NCBI GenBank assembly: GCA_036374695.1
Contig: DASUTF010000269.1
Coordinates: 1-62,968 of the forward strand
Source: Pyrinomonadaceae bacterium
GTDB lineage: Bacteria > Acidobacteriota > Blastocatellia > Pyrinomonadales > Pyrinomonadaceae
DNA length: 62,968 bases
Direction of reading: 5' to 3'
The notes below the pieces were generated by a model. That model was given only the letters and a program-made list of their open reading frames with translations. It was not told the DNA's origin and made no database searches. A program made the position numbers and the translations under genes. Position 1 is the first letter of the stretch, and the number at the start of each line of letters is the position of its first letter. Shown here one piece after another: positions 45,152 through 54,839 of this stretch.

Positions 45152-45247
45152 AATCTTTGCGATCCTTTGCGCCTTTGCGCGAGGGCTCTTTTCAAAGAGT
45201 CGGTTCACGCAAAGGCGCAAAGCCTGCGAAGAAACGCAAAGTACGAC
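45152..45247. repeat. Family E inverted repeat, copy 2
   Basis: tctttgcgatcctttgcgcctttgcgcgaggg ... ggttcacgcaaaggcgcaaagcctgcgaagaaacgcaaag. Confidence 0.85.
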
Positions 45248-45256
45248 ATCCCGAGA

Positions 45257-46653
45257 TCACTTTCTGCGCACCGGATGAGCCTCGGTGTTGAAGATGACTC
45301 CATCAAAATTCAATTTCGTGCGTGGCGCGAACAATAGATAGAAATACTTGAACGTCTCGGCAAAAAGGAAGCTCTGCATGGAATCGTTCTTTTCTTTCGT
45401 TACAACGCTTTTCAGCGCTGCATACGCTTCGTCTGTGCGGCAGTGCGCCACGAAATCCTTCCACATCTTCTCACCCATCCGCAGATAAGCCGGGTCGCGC
45501 GTGAAGTGGTACAGAAAGTAAGTTGATTCGACAATCTCCGGTCGCAGAGGGTAACCGGCGCTTACAACTTCTCCCTTTTCATAGTCGAACTCTTCAGGCT
45601 CGATTCCATGTTCCTCCCACATCGCGAAGGACGATCGTTGAAGGCGTCGCGCGCGGTTCAAATCACCGGACAGTGCGAGGACAGCAGGAAAGAACGCGTC
45701 GAGGGCGCCGTACGTTGTAGCGCCGCGTTTGCCGGTGTTCATGTCGGCGTGACCGTACCAAAGAGTCCATACTCCGCGTCCCATTCTCCAATTTGGCCCT
45801 CTAGTATCAATAAAAACTTCAGAGAAGGATTCGTCAGCGAGATACTTATTGATGGCGACGATGCTGTCTTTCCACATCCGCCGGCAGTCTTTGTCATTAA
45901 AAAGGATCGCGCACTTCAGGAGATATTCGTAATAGCTGTCGATTGCGCCGCTGATGTACTGTCGGTGTTCGTCCATTGTCCGGTCTCGACATTGATCCAC
46001 GTGCCGACCAGACCAATCGGTGAGCGGCGATTGTAAGTCTCGACGAGCGCGCGCTTGGCTTTATCAAAATAGATTCGTTTGCCCGTGTGTTTAGCCAACG
46101 TGCCAAATTCGATCAGGAGCGTGCCGGTTTCCGCCGGATTGGAAACATTTCCGCGAATCTTTCCGGTTCTTAGATTGACGTACCGATAGGGCAGACCCGT
46201 CGGCGATTCGAAAACCGGCAACAGACGATTTCCCAGGTCGTCCGCCAGCGTCAACAGCCGCTTGTCGCCGGTCATTTCATAACCGGTCAACAATCCGCCC
46301 AAAAGGCGAATCGTGATCTCGAAGTTCTGAACGTAGATGTCTTTGTCGAACGAAAGATGAGTTGCGATGTATTCGCGGGTCGCCTTCGCCTCGTCGTTCA
46401 GGCCCATCAGGATCATCGTGTCGAGTGAGTCGACCGGCGTCATCAAAAGCGAGGTGTCATACCAGTCGCGACAAGTCTTGCTGATCGGCTTTAACTCGTC
46501 GTGTCCCCAGCAGTGTTTCTTATAACCGTTCCAGGCGTGCAGGAACTCTGTGCGGACCCGGGCGGCGAGCGCGCGCCTGGTTGTTCGGCGCTGTGCTGCA
46601 ACGAGCGATGCAGACGTAAGCGCAATCAGCACGATGGCGGCAAACTGTTTCAT
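45257..46653 (-). pseudogene. Glycoside hydrolase family 47 (class I alpha-mannosidase-like), split by a frameshift
   Basis: ORF 45916..46653 encodes the signal peptide and GH47 N-terminal half (WNGYKKHCWGHDELKP..., RLLGGLL, GTLLIEFGTLA). ORF 45257..46000 in another frame continues with ISGAIDSYYEYLLK ... PLRPEIVESTYFLY ... SFLFAETFKYFYLLF. The frames switch between about 45956 and 45975. Confidence 0.8.
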
Positions 46654-47072
46654 GCGGTCATCTCAGTGATGATAATTGGCGAGGTGAGGGTCTTGTGTAC
46701 CGGACATTTGTGGGCAATCTCCTGAAGCCGCGCCTGTTGTTCTTCGGTGAGATTTCCTTCGACAGTCACGTTTCGCTCAATTCGGTGAACGAAGCCTTCG
46801 GGCTTCTCTTCACATTCCGCGCAGTCCTTGCCGTGAATTCTCTGTTGCCGCAGGCGCACCGTGACGCGTTCGACCGGCCAGGCTTTCCGGCGCGCGTAAA
46901 GCGTCACGGTCATCGAAATACAACTGCCGAGCGCGCCGAGCAGAAGCGTGTACGGATCAGGTCCCGCGTCTTCGCCTCCCGCAGCGACCGGTTCGTCCGT
47001 AATTAACGAATGTACGGCGCCGGTCACTTCATTTCGCAAGTTTCCGAGAGATGTAACGATGACTTCACTCAT
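46650..47072 (-). CDS. OsmC/Ohr-family peroxiredoxin-like protein
   Basis: GPDPYTLLLGALGSCISMT...IAHKCPVHKTL. ATG 47072 preferred; the upstream track extension is repeat-derived. The stop overlaps the GH47 start (ATGA). Confidence 0.82.
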   Translation of the reverse strand: MSEVIVTSLGNLRNEVTGAVHSLITDEPVAAGGEDAGPDPYTLLLGALGSCISMTVTLYARRKAWPVERVTVRLRQQRIHGKDCAECEEKPEGFVHRIERNVTVEGNLTEEQQARLQEIAHKCPVHKTLTSPIIITEMTA

Positions 47073-47089
47073 TGGTTCTCCTGTTAAGC

Positions 47090-47152
47090 GGTGCGCACGC
47101 CTCAGGCGTGCTTTGTCTCGCGAGGTAGCACGCCAGAGGCGTGCGTACCGAC
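47090..47152. repeat. Family D double hairpin, copy 2
   Basis: GGTGCGCACGCC-TCA-GGCGTGC ... GCACGCC-AGA-GGCGTGCGTACCGAC. Matches the reverse complement of 39086..39133. Confidence 0.82.
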
Positions 47153-47169
47153 TAAAAAATGCGCCCGCT

Positions 47170-48087
47170 TTATTCGGCGCGAATGCACACCTGCGTCGCG
47201 GGAAACGCTTCCTGTTTCGCTGACCGCGCAATCCATACCACGACCGTGTAAATTCCCGGCTCTTTTCGGTTCAGGAGGATTGGAACCTGGAACCTGCCGC
47301 GCCCCTGGAGCTCGATCGATCCTTTCGAACGGTCTTCATAAATCTGGTTGGGCCCGAGTTTGGGGAGCAGCGTCTCTCGCTCCGGCGGCAAACTGTAGGG
47401 ACGCGGAATACGAAGCCAGGCCCGGTCCGGCGGCGTGGGCAGTGGTTCATAAAAGACGTCGATGCACTCGAGCGAATAAGTCGGTTCCAGAAGCCGCCCG
47501 CTCAAAACAATCCGATTGCGAGGTGAAGTAGTCGTGGCGTACGGGTCGATCGATACATACCGCGCGACGTACAACTCGCACAGCCGCACGCAAAAACCGT
47601 AATCCGCGTAGCCGAAACCGACGTGGGTGTGCACTGGATTGAGAATCGCCTTGCGATGTCCGTCGTCAGGCGGGACTTCATCGTGCATAGATCTGTGCAT
47701 CGACAGCAAATGAATCGGGACTTCGGCCGAAGCGATGGGCGTGCTGGTGTCAATCGCGCCGTCGTTTTCCTGAATTGCTGCCACGCCACCGGCAAAGGAA
47801 TAGCGGTGATACGGCTTCCGGCCGTCAAGCCCCCAGTGACTGAGGAAGTTGTGGCGAGCCATCTCAGTTGCGTGCTTCTCAGCAACTGTGCAAGCCAGCG
47901 AGTCGAGTTTCAGCGGTCTCACCCCCGCCTCAGCCCGCTCAAAATTCACCTGGTTCAGCAAATGATTAGTCATCGCCGGAAACTCCGGCGCGTTCAACGA
48001 CGCCGAGACGCTGCGCGGCATCGCCGCACCCAAACGCAAAGCAACAGCTGACAAGGCTGCTCCTGTTAAAAATACGCGGCGGTCCAT
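47170..48087 (-). CDS. Tat-exported CAP/SCP-domain protein with a C-terminal extra domain
   Basis: Twin-arginine signal MDRRVFLTGAAL. CAP region NFERAEAGVRPL...EKHATEMARHNFLSHWG... Confidence 0.7.
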   Translation of the reverse strand: MDRRVFLTGAALSAVALRLGAAMPRSVSASLNAPEFPAMTNHLLNQVNFERAEAGVRPLKLDSLACTVAEKHATEMARHNFLSHWGLDGRKPYHRYSFAGGVAAIQENDGAIDTSTPIASAEVPIHLLSMHRSMHDEVPPDDGHRKAILNPVHTHVGFGYADYGFCVRLCELYVARYVSIDPYATTTSPRNRIVLSGRLLEPTYSLECIDVFYEPLPTPPDRAWLRIPRPYSLPPERETLLPKLGPNQIYEDRSKGSIELQGRGRFQVPILLNRKEPGIYTVVVWIARSAKQEAFPATQVCIRAE

Positions 48088-48143
48088 TTCAGTTTGCGAG
48101 TCACTCAGATGAATCCGGGAGCGTGTCGGGTTGCAGTTTGATG

Positions 48144-48192
48144 GGGGACGCGCATCTTGCGCGCGAGTTCACGGGCGAAACGCCCGTGCCAC
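48144..48192. repeat. Family A double-hairpin repeat, copy 3 (inverted)
   Basis: Reverse complement GTGGCACGGGCGTTTCGCCCGTGAACTCGCGCGCAAGATGCGCGTCCCCC. Confidence 0.85.
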
Positions 48193-48307
48193 GTGCCGGT
48201 TGCGAGCCGGTCGGCGGCTCGGTAAACTGATTCGGTTTTACAAACTCAAATTTGAGCACAGCGACGGTGACGGTTCGGCTGGACCGAACTGCCGGAATTT
48301 TAATGCG

Positions 48308-49468
48308 ATGAAGATACACGAGTACCAGGGCAAAGAGTTACTAAAAAAGTTCGGCGTGCCGGTGCCGCGCGGGATTGTCGCGCGCACGGCCGATGAAGCG
48401 TTCGCGGCGGCGCAGGAACTCGGCACGACGCCCGTTGTCGTCAAGGCACAGATTCATGCGGGCGGCCGCGGGAAGGGCGGCGGCGTGAAGCTGGCGAAGA
48501 CTCCTGAGGAAGCACGCGAGATCGCGGAGAAAATGCTCGGGATGCAGTTGGTAACACACCAGACCGGACCGGAGGGCCGTGAAGTGCGCGTGCTTCTGGT
48601 TGAAGAAGGCTTGCCCATCGATCGAGAGTTCTATCTCGGGATCGTTCTGGATCGGGCGACCGGCCGGCCGGTATTCATGGCCTCAGCCGCGGGCGGCATG
48701 GACATCGAAGAAGTCGCCGCAAAAACGCCGGAGAAGATTTTCAAAGAGACGATCGATCCGTCAGTTGGCTTTCGGCCGTTTCAGGCGAGAAAACTGGCGT
48801 TCGCGCTCGGCTTGCCAGGCGAATTGGTTTCGCCGGCCGCCAAGTTCATGCAGTCGCTCTACACCGCGTCCGAAGCGATGGACGCGTCACTTCTCGAAAT
48901 CAATCCGTTTCTCTTGACGAAAGATAATCGGCTGATCGCGCTCGACGCGAAGGTGAACTTTGACGACAACGCTTTGTTCCGTCATCCGGACTACAAAGAA
49001 CTGCGTGACTTGAATGAAGAAGAACCGCTGGAGATCGAGGCCTCGAAGTTCGATCTGAACTACATCAAGCTCGACGGTAACATCGGCTGCATGGTTAACG
49101 GCGCGGGCCTGGCGATGGCCACGATGGACATCATTAAACTCGCGGGCGGCGAGCCGGCAAACTTTCTCGACGTCGGCGGCGGCGCTTCGCAGGAACGCGT
49201 CGAAGCCGCTTTCAAGATTCTGCTCGCCGATGAGCACGTGCGCGCCGTGCTGGTAAACATCTTCGGCGGTATTGTGCGCTGCGACATGGTGGCGCGCGGC
49301 GTAGTCGGCGCCGCGAAGAGCTTGAATCTGAAAATACCTGTCGTTGTGCGGCTGGAAGGCACCAATGTTGAAGAAGGCCAACGGGTAATTCGCGAGTCAG
49401 GAATGAACTTCTCCGTGGCGAGTGGAATGAAAGACGCGGCAGAGAAGGTGGTGGCGTTAGCGGCGTAG
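48308..49468 (+). CDS. sucC: Succinyl-CoA synthetase beta subunit
   Basis: [58 protein letters not shown]. The upstream part of the track ORF (from 48131) is repeat-derived. Confidence 0.95.
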   Translation: MKIHEYQGKELLKKFGVPVPRGIVARTADEAFAAAQELGTTPVVVKAQIHAGGRGKGGGVKLAKTPEEAREIAEKMLGMQLVTHQTGPEGREVRVLLVEEGLPIDREFYLGIVLDRATGRPVFMASAAGGMDIEEVAAKTPEKIFKETIDPSVGFRPFQARKLAFALGLPGELVSPAAKFMQSLYTASEAMDASLLEINPFLLTKDNRLIALDAKVNFDDNALFRHPDYKELRDLNEEEPLEIEASKFDLNYIKLDGNIGCMVNGAGLAMATMDIIKLAGGEPANFLDVGGGASQERVEAAFKILLADEHVRAVLVNIFGGIVRCDMVARGVVGAAKSLNLKIPVVVRLEGTNVEEGQRVIRESGMNFSVASGMKDAAEKVVALAA

Positions 49469-49476
49469 TGGAAGAT

Positions 49477-50019
49477 ATGCAAATCAACGCGGAGATTGGC
49501 ACACAGGGAGCACCGGAGAAAGTCGCAGCGTCTCCGCGTCGCCGCGTCTCCCCATCAGCTCTTAAATGGCTCGTCCACGTTAGCCGCTTCGGCCTGGCGG
49601 CTCTTTTCCTTTTTACCGCCGGGGCGAAGCTTTGGATTCTCACTGCGTTTGTCGGCAAAGTTGCCGAGCTGCTCAGCTCAATGAAGTTCAATTACGAACG
49701 TTGGCAATGGCCGGCAACAATCGCGGTGATCGTGCTTGAAATTGTGATCGCCGCGCTGTTGATTGTGCCGCGGACGGTTCGATTGGGAGCAGTGGCGGCG
49801 GGGCTTCTGCTGATCGGTTTCAGCGCCTTCGCGCTGTACTACACGTACGGCTTACAGGGAGAAGCCCTCGAGTGCGGTTGCTTTGGCAACATCATCGGCA
49901 GCCAGTTGGGAGTGAAGACTGCGCTTCGGAATCTCGGGTTCCTGATTCCGGTGCTGATTGTTTTCTTCGGCTACCCGCGTGTCAGAAGCCCGCGCGTCAG
50001 CAAGGGCGATGTTGTTTAG
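49477..50019 (+). CDS. MauE/DoxX-family membrane protein
   Basis: Four predicted TM helices and the CGCFG motif typical of MauE-like proteins. Start 49468 (GTG) or ATG 49477. Confidence 0.6.
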   Translation: MQINAEIGTQGAPEKVAASPRRRVSPSALKWLVHVSRFGLAALFLFTAGAKLWILTAFVGKVAELLSSMKFNYERWQWPATIAVIVLEIVIAALLIVPRTVRLGAVAAGLLLIGFSAFALYYTYGLQGEALECGCFGNIIGSQLGVKTALRNLGFLIPVLIVFFGYPRVRSPRVSKGDVV

Positions 50020-50022
50020 AGT

Positions 50023-50053
50023 GGCCCTCCCTGACGGTCGGGCTTCTGATACC
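50023..50053. repeat. Family K repeat unit
   Basis: GGCCCTCCCTGACGGTCGGGCTTCTGATACC between convergent genes. Confidence 0.7.
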
Positions 50054-50889
50054 TAACCTCTTCGAATCCTCGCAATCTCATAACGCGTATTATCGATGCG
50101 CTCCTGCACGTCGGGATGATCAGAAAACAGACTGCCGAGCAGATCCGGCGTTTGTCCCTGGACTCGTTGCAGCTTTTGAAACATGGCAACCATGCCCTGC
50201 GGATCGAATCCTGCCTTCGACATGCCGCGCACACCAAGATAGTCCGCCTCGCGTTCTTCGTCGCGTGAGTGAATAGTCAGAAAGCCTTCGCCGACCATTT
50301 GACCAAAGATTACCCCCAGGTCTCTGCCGATATCTCCGGCCACGCCGGTCAATTCGCCGATTGATTTCGCGATATCGTTGTACTCCTGCCGCTTCTTCAA
50401 AGTCTTCAGACTGTGCCGCGCCGCGATGTGACCAACCTCGTGCGCCAGCACGGAAGCGAGCTCGCCATCGCTGGCGATCTTTAGCAGACCGGTTGTGATG
50501 TAGATGTGTCCCCCCGGCAGAGACAGGCCGTTGATTTCGCGGCTTTCGATCACGTGGAATTTGTAAAGCAGGTTCGGCCGCACACTGACGCGCGCGACGC
50601 GCTGGCCAATCCTTTCCACGCGATCAAGGCCGACGTCAGTAAGACGAAACTTCTTCGTCGCCTGTCGATGCAGTTGCGTGCCGAGCTTGATTTCATCGCG
50701 CTCATTCAGCAATCCGGCGTTCGTATGACGCACGTTCCGGAAATCCGAATAGGGATCGCCGTATTGTGCTGTAGACGTTTTGGCTGGCGTCGACGAGCGT
50801 TCAGCCGAGGCTACTGAAGACGTGATGAGACACGTTGCTGTAAAAACAGAAAGAAGAACGGAAGTTAAGCGAAGGGACAAAACATTCAT
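50053..50889 (-). CDS. M48-family zinc metallopeptidase (secreted/periplasmic)
   Basis: Signal peptide MNVLSLRLTSVLLSVFTATCLITSSVASA. HEVGHIAARH. Downstream glutamate region REEEREADYLG. Confidence 0.85.
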   Translation of the reverse strand: MNVLSLRLTSVLLSVFTATCLITSSVASAERSSTPAKTSTAQYGDPYSDFRNVRHTNAGLLNERDEIKLGTQLHRQATKKFRLTDVGLDRVERIGQRVARVSVRPNLLYKFHVIESREINGLSLPGGHIYITTGLLKIASDGELASVLAHEVGHIAARHSLKTLKKRQEYNDIAKSIGELTGVAGDIGRDLGVIFGQMVGEGFLTIHSRDEEREADYLGVRGMSKAGFDPQGMVAMFQKLQRVQGQTPDLLGSLFSDHPDVQERIDNTRYEIARIRRG

Positions 50890-50960
50890 TGATACACTCC
50901 CCGGAAACCTTTGATAGCGTGGCATGATAAGCGAGCGCGGCTCTTGCGCAAAGCGATCAT

Positions 50961-51040
50961 GACTGGAGCGCAAGCGTCCCGCTTGCTCTTTTCATAAACA
51001 AAAGACTGGGGCGGCAAGCGAGACGCTTGTGCTCCAGTCG
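50961..51040. repeat. Family B double-hairpin repeat, copy 2
   Basis: GACTGGAGCGCAAGCGTCCCGCTTGCTC ... GGCAAGCGAGACGCTTGTGCTCCAGTC. The left arm is identical to copy 1. Confidence 0.88.
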
Positions 51041-51087
51041 ACCACCACACTCGCGGTTCTGACACTCATCAGCTACCATCTTCAGAA

Positions 51088-52479
51088 ATGCCATCACTTT
51101 CATTTTGGGGCGCGGCCGGAACCGTCACCGGCTCGAAGTACCTGATCGAATCGGATCGCGGACGTGTGCTGATTGATTGCGGACTGTTCCAGGGCGGGCG
51201 CGAGTTGCGCGAACGCAATTGGCAAGAGCCGCCTTTCAATGCTGCTTCAGTTGGTGCGGTGCTGTTGACGCACGCGCACATCGACCACACCGGTTACCTG
51301 CCGCGTTTGGTGCGCCACGGTTTTCGCGGACCTGTCTATTGCTCGCGCGGAACTGCCGATCTGGCGAAGATACTTTTGCCTGACTCCGCGCGTTTACAGG
51401 AAGAAGAAGCCGACTATCGCAACCGGCACAAAATCACCAAACACACACCGGCGCTGCCGCTTTACACCGAGCAGGATGCGCGCGAGGCTTTGAAGCTGCT
51501 TGAGATAGTGCCCAACGACGGCGCCCCGGTTCGCGTCGCGAAGGATATTCACGCTGAGTTCCGCATCGCCGGGCACATACTCGGTTCGAGTCAGGTGCTC
51601 GTTAAAGTCGCGAACGGGGGCGAAGAACGTCGCGTGCTTTTTTCGGGCGATCTCGGCAAATATGACCAGCCGATCATTCGCGATCCTGAGCCGCCTCCGG
51701 CTTGTGACGACGTAGTCGTTGAGTCTACTTACGGCGATCGCGCGCACGCCACTGAACATCCGAAAGACGCTCTTGAGCGCATCATCAACGGGGCGGCTGC
51801 GCATAACGGGCCGGTGCTAATTCCCGCGTTTGCCGTGGGACGCGTACAGGAAATCGTCTATTTCCTGCGCGAGCTGGAGAATGAAAACCGAATTCCCGTG
51901 CTGCCTGTGTGTGTGGACTCGCCGATGGCCGCCGCGGCGACGCGCGCGTATGCCGCACGCAAAGAAGAACACGACGAAGAATACGCGCTGGCGTTGAAGA
52001 CCGATCCGACGCCGCTGGAGACGCGCCGGATGCTCGCGTGCAATACGCGCGATGAATCAAAGCGCATCAACAACATGGAGGGCGCTAAAGTCGTCGTCGC
52101 GGCGTCGGGCATGATGAACGGCGGACGTATTTTGCATCACGCGCTGCGGATTTTGCCTGACGAAAACGCGACAGTTATCTTCGTTGGTTATCAAGCGGCA
52201 GGCACTCTGGGCCGTCGTGTCGCTGACGGTGAGAAGCAGGTCAAGGTGCTGGGCCAATGGATCCCTGTGCGCGCTCAGATCGAAAAGGTCGGAGGCTTTT
52301 CAGCGCACGCGGACTGGAAAGAAGTGCTGCGCTGGTTTGAGGGCATGCCGGCACCGAAGCGAGTGTTCCTCACGCACGGAGAACCGGACGCCGCCGAAGC
52401 CATGGCCAATCGCATTCGCGAGCGATTCGGCTGGCACACCGAAGTGCCGCAGTACGGCGAGCGATTCGAACTCTCATGA
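51088..52479 (+). CDS. MBL-fold beta-CASP family RNA-metabolising hydrolase
   Basis: FWGAAGTVTGSKYLIE, LTHAHIDHTGYLP, ESTYGDR, C-terminal GFSAHAD. Confidence 0.85.
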   Translation: MPSLSFWGAAGTVTGSKYLIESDRGRVLIDCGLFQGGRELRERNWQEPPFNAASVGAVLLTHAHIDHTGYLPRLVRHGFRGPVYCSRGTADLAKILLPDSARLQEEEADYRNRHKITKHTPALPLYTEQDAREALKLLEIVPNDGAPVRVAKDIHAEFRIAGHILGSSQVLVKVANGGEERRVLFSGDLGKYDQPIIRDPEPPPACDDVVVESTYGDRAHATEHPKDALERIINGAAAHNGPVLIPAFAVGRVQEIVYFLRELENENRIPVLPVCVDSPMAAAATRAYAARKEEHDEEYALALKTDPTPLETRRMLACNTRDESKRINNMEGAKVVVAASGMMNGGRILHHALRILPDENATVIFVGYQAAGTLGRRVADGEKQVKVLGQWIPVRAQIEKVGGFSAHADWKEVLRWFEGMPAPKRVFLTHGEPDAAEAMANRIRERFGWHTEVPQYGERFELS

Positions 52480-52507
52480 GCGCGTGGTGTCCTGTCTTGC
52501 CTGGCGA

Positions 52508-52603
52508 TTCTCTGCGCCTTTGCGTCTTTGCGTGAGACCGCCTCTTTGACGACGGGCTCGTTCACGCAAAGGCGCCAAGACGCAAAGACACGCAAAGAGC
52601 GAC
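52508..52603. repeat. Family E inverted repeat, copy 3
   Basis: ttctctgcgcctttgcgtctttgcgtgagacc ... cgttcacgcaaaggcgccaagacgcaaagacacgcaaagagcgac. Confidence 0.85.
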
Positions 52604-52624
52604 GCTCCCCTAAGCGCGTTCGTT

Positions 52625-52653
52625 TTGGTGAGTCAATGTTGAGTTGTTATACT
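52625..52653 (+). promoter_or_regulatory. Candidate sigma-70-type promoter for sucD
   Basis: TTGGTG (52625..52630), 17-nt spacer, TATACT (52648..52653), 58 nt upstream of sucD. Motif match only. Confidence 0.3.
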
Positions 52654-52710
52654 GCGCGCTCGCTTTTCAACTTCTGAAATCTGACACCCGACACCTGACA
52701 CCTGTTTTCA

Positions 52711-53595
52711 ATGAGCGTACTCGTCGATAAATCAACGCGCCTGGTCGTGCAAGGCATCACCGGCAAAGAAGGAACCTTCCATACAAAGCAGATGGTTGAG
52801 TATGGAACGAACGTCGTGGCCGGCGTGACGCCCGGCAAAGGCGGAACGAAGCATGAAGCCATTCCCGTTTTCAACACTGTCGCCGATTCGGTTAACGAAG
52901 CGGGCGCGAATGCTTCAGTGATTTATGTCCCGCCGGCGTTCGCGGCGGATGCGATTATGGAGGCGGCCGACGCAGGCATTCCGGTAGTGGTCTGCATTAC
53001 CGAAGGCATTCCAACGCTCGACATGGTGAAGGTGAGGGAGTACCTCCGCGACAAACAGACGCGGCTGATTGGGCCGAACTGTCCGGGAATTATTTCGCCC
53101 GGCAAATGCAAAATCGGAATCATGCCCGGTCACATTCATCGTGAAGGACGGGTCGGTGTTGTCTCGCGTTCGGGAACCTTGACCTACGAAGCGGTCGGGC
53201 AACTTACATCGCTCGGTTTGGGGCAATCGACCGCGATTGGCATCGGGGGCGATCCGATTGTCGGCACGACCCACGTTGATGCTTTGAAGCTTTTTCAGGA
53301 AGACGAAGAGACTGACGGCATCGTGATGATTGGCGAGATCGGTGGCACTGCCGAAGAAGAAGCCGCCGCCTTCGCGAAAGAACACGTTACGAAGCCAGTC
53401 GTCGCGTTTATTGCCGGCCAGACCGCGCCGCCGGGACGGCGCATGGGCCACGCCGGCGCAATCATCGCAGGCGGGAAGGGGACTGCGGCCGAGAAGATGG
53501 CCGCGCTCGAAGACGCGGGCATTCATGTCGTTAAATCCCCGGCGGACATTGGCGCGGCGATGATGGAAGCACTCGGCGTTTCGGTTGGTTTCTAA
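52711..53595 (+). CDS. sucD: Succinyl-CoA synthetase alpha subunit
   Basis: [22 protein letters not shown], phosphohistidine loop [10 protein letters not shown]. Confidence 0.96.
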   Translation: MSVLVDKSTRLVVQGITGKEGTFHTKQMVEYGTNVVAGVTPGKGGTKHEAIPVFNTVADSVNEAGANASVIYVPPAFAADAIMEAADAGIPVVVCITEGIPTLDMVKVREYLRDKQTRLIGPNCPGIISPGKCKIGIMPGHIHREGRVGVVSRSGTLTYEAVGQLTSLGLGQSTAIGIGGDPIVGTTHVDALKLFQEDEETDGIVMIGEIGGTAEEEAAAFAKEHVTKPVVAFIAGQTAPPGRRMGHAGAIIAGGKGTAAEKMAALEDAGIHVVKSPADIGAAMMEALGVSVGF

Positions 53596-53626
53596 ATTCA
53601 TCTCCATAGATGAGAACCTAATAGTT

Positions 53627-54289
53627 ATGGAGGTGCGCAAAAAGTTTTGCCGAGTCTTCGCACTAGTAATTCTGCTAGTTGGTTGCGTTTCCTCAGCGAG
53701 AGCTCAGGCAGATTGCATGTATGGACACAGGATTTACATTCGCGACAGCTCTGGTAATTCAATCACAAGCGCGAAGCTTGAAGTGTTTGGTGTCAGCAAA
53801 CGAGACAGGCTTCCCAATGCTTTCCAGAACTACTTTACAAGAGGAGCTTACTTTGTCGGGTTCATTATGTACGGTTGCGCGTACTCGGGCGATTTCGTCT
53901 TGAGAGTTTCGGCCGAAGGTTTTCAAACTTATGAACGGCCGATTAGTTTTACCGAGGGACTGGCCGCATGTGAATTGAGGCTACGGCCCAAAGGCTCAAC
54001 CATGCAGGCTGATTTCGAAATACTGGCAACTCTGCGTGGAAAGGTGGTTGACCAGAAAGGACGGCCGTTTAGCGGCGGGCAAATTTCGGCAAGGAATGTT
54101 CACGGAAAAGTCTATCAGGACAATTCAAATGAATATGGCTATTACAGTCTTGATTTGCCAAAGGGCACCTACACTGTTCGCTTATCCGGGACTGAAATAG
54201 CGCCCGTTGTTTTCGAAAACTATAGGATTGAAGACAGGGACACGACTTTGAACTTCAGTACTTGCCGAAAGTGCACGCCGGCCAAATGA
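53627..54289 (+). CDS. Secreted CarboxypepD_reg-like (prealbumin-fold) domain protein, AT-richer
   Basis: Signal peptide VFALVILLVGCVSSARA. C-terminal LRGKVVDQKGRPFSGGQISARN...SNEYGYYSLDLPKGTYTVRLSG pattern. Confidence 0.55.
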   Translation: MEVRKKFCRVFALVILLVGCVSSARAQADCMYGHRIYIRDSSGNSITSAKLEVFGVSKRDRLPNAFQNYFTRGAYFVGFIMYGCAYSGDFVLRVSAEGFQTYERPISFTEGLAACELRLRPKGSTMQADFEILATLRGKVVDQKGRPFSGGQISARNVHGKVYQDNSNEYGYYSLDLPKGTYTVRLSGTEIAPVVFENYRIEDRDTTLNFSTCRKCTPAK

Positions 54290-54316
54290 AATCGCCGGCG
54301 TATCTTCACGCAAACA

Positions 54317-54739
54317 ATGACAATTAACAATCAAACATTCGCCATCATTAAGCCCGACGCAGTTGCGGCGGGCAACACCGGAAAGATTATCGATCGGATC
54401 ATCGGCGGTGGCTTTCGTATCCGCGGAATGAAACTGATTCACCAGACACGCAAACAAGCTGAAGGCTTCTATGAAGTGCATCGCGGCAAGCCGTTCTACG
54501 ACGGCCTGACGGAATTCATGTCGAGCGGCCCCTGCGTCGTCATGGTTTTGGAGAAGGAGGGCGCGGTGAAAGCCTGGCGCGATTTGATGGGCGCCACCGA
54601 CCCCGCGAAGGCCGACGAAGGAACCATCCGCAAAGAATTCGGATCGTCAGTCGGCGAGAACGCGACCCATGGTTCCGATTCGGACGAGAATGCAGCGATA
54701 GAGATTGCTTACTTTTTTAGTCGACTCGAGATCGTTTGA
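54317..54739 (+). CDS. ndk: Nucleoside diphosphate kinase
   Basis: TFAIIKPDAV, GPCVVMVLE, NATHGSDS (active-site His). Confidence 0.96.
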   Translation: MTINNQTFAIIKPDAVAAGNTGKIIDRIIGGGFRIRGMKLIHQTRKQAEGFYEVHRGKPFYDGLTEFMSSGPCVVMVLEKEGAVKAWRDLMGATDPAKADEGTIRKEFGSSVGENATHGSDSDENAAIEIAYFFSRLEIV

Positions 54740-54744
54740 AATCC

Positions 54745-54830
54745 GTCAATTGTCAGTGGTCCGTGGTCAGTGCACATACGTGTAAGCTGTCTTGCGGAGT
54801 TCAACTGACAAATGACCACTGACCGTTGAC
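54745..54830. repeat. Family I oligo-word inverted repeat (CAGTGGTC / GACCACTG words)
   Basis: GTCAATTGTCAGTGGTCCGTGGTCAGTG ... CAACTGACAAATGACCACTGACCGTTGAC. Confidence 0.8.
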
Positions 54831-54839
54831 CCCCCTATT

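Noticed and set aside
48245-48256. Perfect 12-bp palindrome CTCAAATTTGAG 50 nt upstream of sucC as an operator
   Set aside because: It is a single short AT-rich palindrome with no second copy in the window, so it could easily occur by chance.
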